Under the pieces are notes generated by a model, which was given only the letters and a program-made list of their open reading frames with translations, did not search any database and was not told where the DNA came from. 64,000 nucleotides of DNA from NCBI GenBank assembly GCA_041489155.1, contig JBGPQP010000004.1, positions 31,030 through 95,029 on the forward strand, given 5' to 3'. The first letter of the stretch is position 1. Each line of letters opens with the position of its first letter. Origin of the DNA: Candidatus Aenigmatarchaeota archaeon. Lineage in GTDB: Archaea > Aenigmatarchaeota > Aenigmatarchaeia > QMZP01 > QMZT01. The position numbers and the translations under genes were made by a program. This document shows, in pieces, positions 59,163-64,000 of this stretch.

Positions 59163-59633
59163 ATGACGTCTTTGAAGGTATTGGATCAAAAGAAAAATGA
59201 GCTGATGGGAAGGGAGGAGCTGCACGCGCTGCTGGAGCATCATGGCATGCCCACGCCCGTCAGGGAGGAGATACTCCCCCATCTCGAAAGCGTGCTGAAG
59301 GTCGACGGCGAAAGGATACTGATACACAAGATATTCACGCAGACGGGCAAGGGCGAATCGCTGCTCAAGGTTTACGTTTACGACAGGAAAGAGGACATGC
59401 CAAAAAAGGTGCTTGAAATCCTCCAGAAGAGAGCGGCGAAGAAGGGCAAGAAAAAAGAAGAAGCCGCTGCGTCCGAAGCCCCGAAAGAACACAAAGCTGA
59501 GCACAAGCAAGAGGCACCTAAGGCAGAACACAAGGAAGCGAAGCACGAGGAGCACAAGCCTGAACACAAGCACGAAGAACACAAGGCAGAGCACAAAGAG
59601 CATGATCACAAGAAGGAAGAGAAAAAGGAGTGA
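59163..59633 (+). CDS. rps24e: 30S ribosomal protein S24e with His/Glu/Lys repeat tail
   Basis: [19 protein letters not shown]...VY; operon context. Confidence 0.85.
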   Translation: MTSLKVLDQKKNELMGREELHALLEHHGMPTPVREEILPHLESVLKVDGERILIHKIFTQTGKGESLLKVYVYDRKEDMPKKVLEILQKRAAKKGKKKEEAAASEAPKEHKAEHKQEAPKAEHKEAKHEEHKPEHKHEEHKAEHKEHDHKKEEKKE

Positions 59634-59638
59634 GACGA

Positions 59639-59803
59639 ATGTCATCCAAGTTCCTCAAGGTAAAATGCACGAAGTGCAAGAACGAGCAGGTCATTTTTGA
59701 GAAATCAGCCAGCGTTGTGAAGTGCCTGGTTTGCGGCGAGGTGCTCGCGAAGCCCACAGGCGGGAAGTCGAGGGTGGAGAGCGAGAGCGTCGCAGAGGCT
59801 TAG
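59639..59803 (+). CDS. rps27e: 30S ribosomal protein S27e (missed by ORF track)
   Basis: [20 protein letters not shown]...[15 protein letters not shown]. Confidence 0.95.
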   Translation: MSSKFLKVKCTKCKNEQVIFEKSASVVKCLVCGEVLAKPTGGKSRVESESVAEA

Positions 59804-59814
59804 AGAGGTATTTA

Positions 59815-60567
59815 ATGAAGGACAAGCTTCCGAAGTACGGGGAACTGGTTGTCTGCAGGATAATCAGGATCAACCCCCACTCCGCGATAGCGCAGATTAT
59901 TGAATATGACACCACCGGCCTCATCCATGTTTCTGAAGTCGCTTCAAGATGGGTAAGGGACATCCGCGAGTTCATAAGGGAAAACGAGTACGTAGTGTGC
60001 CGCGTCGTTGACGTGAGGCCTGACGGCATTTCACTTTCTCTTAAGCGCGTCCACAGGGAGGACACGGTCCGCAAGCTCAACGAGTTCAAGCGCGAGAAGC
60101 GTTCGGAAAAGCTGCTCGAGATGGTCGGCAAGAATCTCGGCAAAACGCTCGAGCAGACCAAGAATGAAATCGGCGACCACATAATAGAGGAATTCGGCTC
60201 CTTCACCAAGCTTTTCGAAATGGCGCTGAAGTCGCCGGAGCTGCTGACAGCGAAGGGCCTGCCAGCCAAGTGGATAGAGGCGATAACGGACATCGCCCAC
60301 AAGAATTATGCTGATAAGACTTTCATTGTCAAGGGTGACCTCAGGCTCATAACCTACGACCCGAACGGCGTGGAGCTGATTAAGAAGTCGCTGCTCGTCG
60401 CGAAGAAGAAAGGCCTCCAGATACGCTACATCTCCGCGCCGAAATACGTCCTCATCGGCGAGGGCAAGAATTACAAGGAAGTCGAAAGCAAAGTCCGCGC
60501 CGTAGGCGAGGACATCGTGAAAGAGTTCAACAAGAACGGCGAAGCCAGCTTCGAGCTGGAGAAGTAA
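59815..60567 (+). CDS. eif2a: Translation initiation factor 2 subunit alpha
   Basis: LPKYGELVV, GLIHVSEVASRWVRDI, SLSLKRV, YISAPKY. Confidence 0.95.
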   Translation: MKDKLPKYGELVVCRIIRINPHSAIAQIIEYDTTGLIHVSEVASRWVRDIREFIRENEYVVCRVVDVRPDGISLSLKRVHREDTVRKLNEFKREKRSEKLLEMVGKNLGKTLEQTKNEIGDHIIEEFGSFTKLFEMALKSPELLTAKGLPAKWIEAITDIAHKNYADKTFIVKGDLRLITYDPNGVELIKKSLLVAKKKGLQIRYISAPKYVLIGEGKNYKEVESKVRAVGEDIVKEFNKNGEASFELEK

Positions 60568-60571
60568 GCTA

Positions 60572-60856
60572 TTATATCCGGATTGGCAGATAAGTGTTTT
60601 CTACGCCGGCACATTCCCTGTCTAAAATTACAATTTCTTTTCCTCTTCTGTTGAGTTCGGCCGCAAGCCTTCTCTTATTTGTGTCAAATAGCGTTTCAAC
60701 AGTCGTTAAGTTTTTAGAATGTTGTGTTCTTACGTTGTGTGTTGTTGGCGAATATATAGTTATTTCACCCTTGTATTGTCCTCTGTCGCCGTATCTGTCA
60801 ATTTTGCGATGTACAATTTCCCCGCGATATCTCACGAAAGCCATATTCTCACACAC
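60572..60856 (-). CDS. Hypothetical protein
   Basis: AT-rich ORF downstream of the LysM-like gene. Confidence 0.55.
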   Translation of the reverse strand: MCENMAFVRYRGEIVHRKIDRYGDRGQYKGEITIYSPTTHNVRTQHSKNLTTVETLFDTNKRRLAAELNRRGKEIVILDRECAGVENTYLPIRI

Positions 60857-60866
60857 TTGCTTGCGT

Positions 60867-61304
60867 TTATTTTATTTCGTATTTTCGCATTGATGACGGG
60901 AGTGCATGACCGTCGCCGTTATCATCCGGCAGCTTGAGTGTTCTTGCGTTGAAAATATCGTTAAAATCTTTTAGTTGGTTAAGCCTCATTATTTCGTCCG
61001 CTCTCGGTCCGGTGTATTCTGAAATATTAAAAGGTTTTCCTTCACTCTTAAGATTCGCATTGGCTATATCCCATATGCCAAGGCCGTCTTTCATCATAGC
61101 TTCGGCATCTACAGAAACTGTTTTTTTGTCAAGCCTCATTTCTATTGGTTGTGGATTTAATATTTTGTTTCTAACATAACTGGTAACAGGGCTGTTAAAA
61201 GCGTAATCAGCAACTCCTGCGGCCGCTGCGCCTATTCCCAAAGCTAGATAAAAAGCCTTTTTTACGTCTCTGGGATTGTATATAATTTTCAAGCCTCTCA
61301 TCAT
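60867..61304 (-). CDS. Membrane-anchored LysM-like domain protein
   Basis: TM, then IWDIA...EIMRLNQLKDFNDI...TLKLP; GAGGGTGA SD. Confidence 0.65.
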   Translation of the reverse strand: MMRGLKIIYNPRDVKKAFYLALGIGAAAAGVADYAFNSPVTSYVRNKILNPQPIEMRLDKKTVSVDAEAMMKDGLGIWDIANANLKSEGKPFNISEYTGPRADEIMRLNQLKDFNDIFNARTLKLPDDNGDGHALPSSMRKYEIK

Positions 61305-61482
61305 GAATCACCCTCAATTTCATATTATATATTTGTTACTTGATGATAGTTAAATTTTACTTAATTATTGGTTCAGGGGTATATAAAGCTTTCGGCGGGA
61401 GTGGCTTTGTGTATAAAGTTATGCCTGTGTAAAAAGTCGTGTTTTTGTGTAAAAAGTGGCGATAATCTCTGGTTTAATTGTT

Positions 61483-61668
61483 TTATGATCTTTTTCTTCT
61501 CCAGTCACGAACAAATTCCATGGATAAGCTTTGCAAAACACTACCCCTATTAGAACCTAATTCTCCGCTATCCACAAGTTCATCTATGTGTTCAATCTGT
61601 TTTTTTGTGAATGTTAGTGATACCCTTATGGGAGTTTTTGGTGTTATCTTCCTTCTCTTCTTAGCCAT
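61483..61668 (-). CDS. Ribbon-helix-helix (CopG/Arc) regulator
   Basis: RVSLTFTKKQIEHIDELVDSG...NRGSVL. Confidence 0.8.
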   Translation of the reverse strand: MAKKRRKITPKTPIRVSLTFTKKQIEHIDELVDSGELGSNRGSVLQSLSMEFVRDWRRKRS

Positions 61669-61804
61669 GTTTAATATTATTGTTTGTTTCTTAAAAGCAT
61701 CTAAATAGTTTCTATTTAGAAAAAAAATTCTCAAATCCGGGGTTAAGCTTTTAAATGCTTAGGTGTCATTATGGTATGAATACCTAAAAGTTGAGGTGAT
61801 TCGT

Positions 61805-62599
61805 ATGAGTAAAAAAGCTGAATTAAAGTTGCCCTATAATGTTGATTTTGAAATATTTGATAAGATATTGGGCGAGCTTCAACATACCAAAGAAGATGGA
61901 ATCAATGTAAACACAATGTGGATAAACACAGGAGAAGCAAAGAATGTAAATAAGAGTTATTCCCTAAATATGGCAAAGTTTCTCGGACTGATTGAAATTG
62001 TGGGCGACAATGTCAAATTAACTAAAACGGGCAGATTGGTTACCTTAACATCAGAAGGAAAAAGAAATGAAATGTTAGTGAGGAACCTCCCTGACAAATA
62101 TATTGCTATGTACAAATGGATAAAATTGTCACCGAATCATCAAATGCAGTCAGGTGATCTGAAAGTCAAATATCATGAAACATACGGTGACATCCATTCC
62201 CAAAACCTTTTGGAAAGGTCAATTGCAACCTTTATGAAATATATGGAACATATAAGCGTGGCCACACATAGCGGAAAGGGGAAGGGGGCCAAAGTTATTT
62301 TAACAGATGCTGGAAAGACAATCCTTGATTCTATACCGACTCATTTCACAGACAATAAAGAAAACACCGATGCACATGACATTAAATCTCATAAGTTAGC
62401 TTTCAAGGAACAATCACCATTGGAAGATGGAAGCCACATTATAACTATAATATCACCAGGACGCCAAGACTTTGCTTATGAAATTAGGGCAAAAACCGAT
62501 TGGGATGTTATAGATAAAGTTATAGAATCGATGAAAAGAGATTGGGAAACGAAGAATAAACCTACGGAAGAGGGTAATTCCGAGTGTGTAGGGGATTAA
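61805..62599 (+). CDS. Hypothetical protein with tandem wHTH-like domains
   Basis: FLGLIE...LTKTG and ILTDAG wings; GAGGTGA SD. Confidence 0.7.
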   Translation: MSKKAELKLPYNVDFEIFDKILGELQHTKEDGINVNTMWINTGEAKNVNKSYSLNMAKFLGLIEIVGDNVKLTKTGRLVTLTSEGKRNEMLVRNLPDKYIAMYKWIKLSPNHQMQSGDLKVKYHETYGDIHSQNLLERSIATFMKYMEHISVATHSGKGKGAKVILTDAGKTILDSIPTHFTDNKENTDAHDIKSHKLAFKEQSPLEDGSHIITIISPGRQDFAYEIRAKTDWDVIDKVIESMKRDWETKNKPTEEGNSECVGD

Positions 62600-62717
62600 A
62601 AAGGGCGCGACGGGAACCTTCATAATAATGAAGAAAAACTAAGGACGCCCTACGTGATGAACGGATCATGAGCCGAGAGCGTCCGCCTACCTAAGGAGCC
62701 CAAATTTCCGTAGGTTT
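62558..62717. ncRNA. Candidate ~160-nt structured RNA
   Basis: 12-bp terminal inverted repeat enclosing nested helices. Confidence 0.5.
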
Positions 62718-62749
62718 TGAATAGGTATTGGTGGTTAAGCTTAAAAATG

Positions 62750-62902
62750 TTATTCGTGCCTTGAATTGTCTACCTTTCGTGGTTTATCCCAATAAGGGCT
62801 CTTACACTTGGGACATACCTTTGGTTGTTCTTTCTGGTTTCTCGGTACCCAAACGTGTTTACATCTTTCACATTTGTAAGCTGAAACCTGAACTTTAGCC
62901 AT
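62750..62902 (-). CDS. Small zinc-ribbon protein
   Basis: CERCKHVW...CPKCKSPYW. Confidence 0.8.
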   Translation of the reverse strand: MAKVQVSAYKCERCKHVWVPRNQKEQPKVCPKCKSPYWDKPRKVDNSRHE

Positions 62903-62983
62903 ATACTTATAGTAATATACCAATAAGTATTTAAAGCTTACTGATAATATATACCTAAAAGTAATATACCATAAGGTAAGTGG

Positions 62984-63934
62984 TTGAAAATGAATCAGGC
63001 ATATACCCAAAACTGGCAGGCATATGACACAGCCCAGTGCAACGAAAAGACCCTGTTCATACCCCTGCTGGCTGAACTCTGCAAGAATGTTGAGCCGAAG
63101 GAATATGGTTTTGGAAGACCAACACTACCAGTTTCTGATATGCTGTTTTGTGCGGTGTTCAAGGTCTATTCAAGCCGTTCCCTAAGGCGATTCATAGGTG
63201 ACCTGAAGATAGCGAAGGAGAAGGGACATATCGACAAAATGCCATGCTTTGCCTCCATAGGTCACTTTCTCCAGAAAAAGGGAATAACACCAATCTTACA
63301 GGATTTGATAATCAAAAGCAGCCTTCCGCTAAGGTCGGTTGAAGCGGATTTTGCGGTAGACTCAAGCGGATTCTCGACCTGCCGCTTCAAGCGATGGTTC
63401 AACTTCAAGTACGGCAAGGAAAGCGACTTCAGGATATGGATCAAGGCCCACCTCATATGCGGGGTCAAGACCAACATAGTGACAAGCGTAAGGCTGTCGG
63501 AGGCGACAGGCGGCGATTCGCCATATCTGAAAACACTCGTAGGAGAAACAGCCGTTAATTTCAACATAAGCGAAGTGTCGGCGGACAAGGCGTATTCTTC
63601 AAGGGGGAACCACGAGCTGGTGGCCGAAGTGGGAGGAACCCCCTTCATACCTTTTAGAAAGAACGCCGGGAAACACCCATGGGGTTCACCGATGTGGAAG
63701 AAGATGTACCATTTCTTCATGTATAACCAAGAAGAGTTCATGAAGCACTACCACAAAAGGAGCAATGTGGAAACGACTTTCCACATGATAAAGTCGAAGT
63801 TCGGGGATTCGCTTAAGAGCAAGACGAAAGCCGCACAGGTGAATGAGGTACTGTGCAAAATCCTATGCCATAACCTGTGCGTGCTGATACAGGAAATGCA
63901 TGAACTGCGAACCGCAAAACAATATCAAATTTAA
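62984..63934 (+). mobile_element. IS4/IS5-superfamily DDE transposase
   Basis: AVDSSG, ADKAY, Y(2)R(3)E(6)K signature YHKRSNVETTFHMIK. Confidence 0.9.
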
Positions 63935-63956
63935 GGATAAGGGATAAGGTGATAAT

Positions 63957-64000
63957 ATGAACAAGTTATTTGCAATGATAGACCTTTTCGCCGGGATAGG
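63957..64000 (+). CDS. C5 cytosine DNA methyltransferase, N-terminus (truncated by window edge)
   Basis: AGGTGA SD; MNKLFAMIDLFAGIG contains motif I. Confidence 0.8.
   Translation, partial: MNKLFAMIDLFAGI

Noticed and set aside
59722..59814. N-terminal extension of aIF2-alpha from the ORF track
   Set aside because: It overlaps rps27e; the SD-supported start is ATG 59815.
62903..63956. Terminal inverted repeats and TSD of a simple IS
   Set aside because: No matching inverted ends found by eye.

Overview
Archaeal chromosomal window. Gene content and fragmented operons suggest a DPANN (Aenigmarchaeota-like) genome; this is an inference and was not tested. The housekeeping core comprises Rpo3, Rpo7 and Spt4, two FtsZ, SecE, Spt5, uL11, uS15, eS24, eS27, aIF2-alpha, aIF2-beta, aIF5B, SerRS, GINS, NreA, EndoIII, EndoIV, RNase HI and a complete A/V-type ATP synthase operon with a Na+-type c subunit. 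There are three intron-containing tRNAs: Leu-AAG (two introns), Gln-TTG (two introns) and Ile-GAT (one intron). Main candidates for novelty: (1) a four-gene surface island between spt5 and rpl11 with the sequence signature of a donor-strand-exchange pilus, whose giant adhesin carries an N-terminal HTH and has palindromic operators in its promoter; (2) a LAGLIDADG endonuclease gene between duplicated 5' ends of tRNA-Gln, with its stop codon inside the tRNA; (3) an A34 tRNA-Leu; (4) an archaeal GGDEF-like protein; (5) structured RNA candidates: a uS15 leader, a twin-hairpin ftsZ2 leader and a ~160-nt RNA in the terminal island; (6) probable non-AUG starts. The right end (from ~60.6 kb) is an AT-rich accessory island with RHH, Zn-ribbon, DDE transposase and the start of a C5 DNA methyltransferase. 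All calls come from manual motif reading; no database searches were run.
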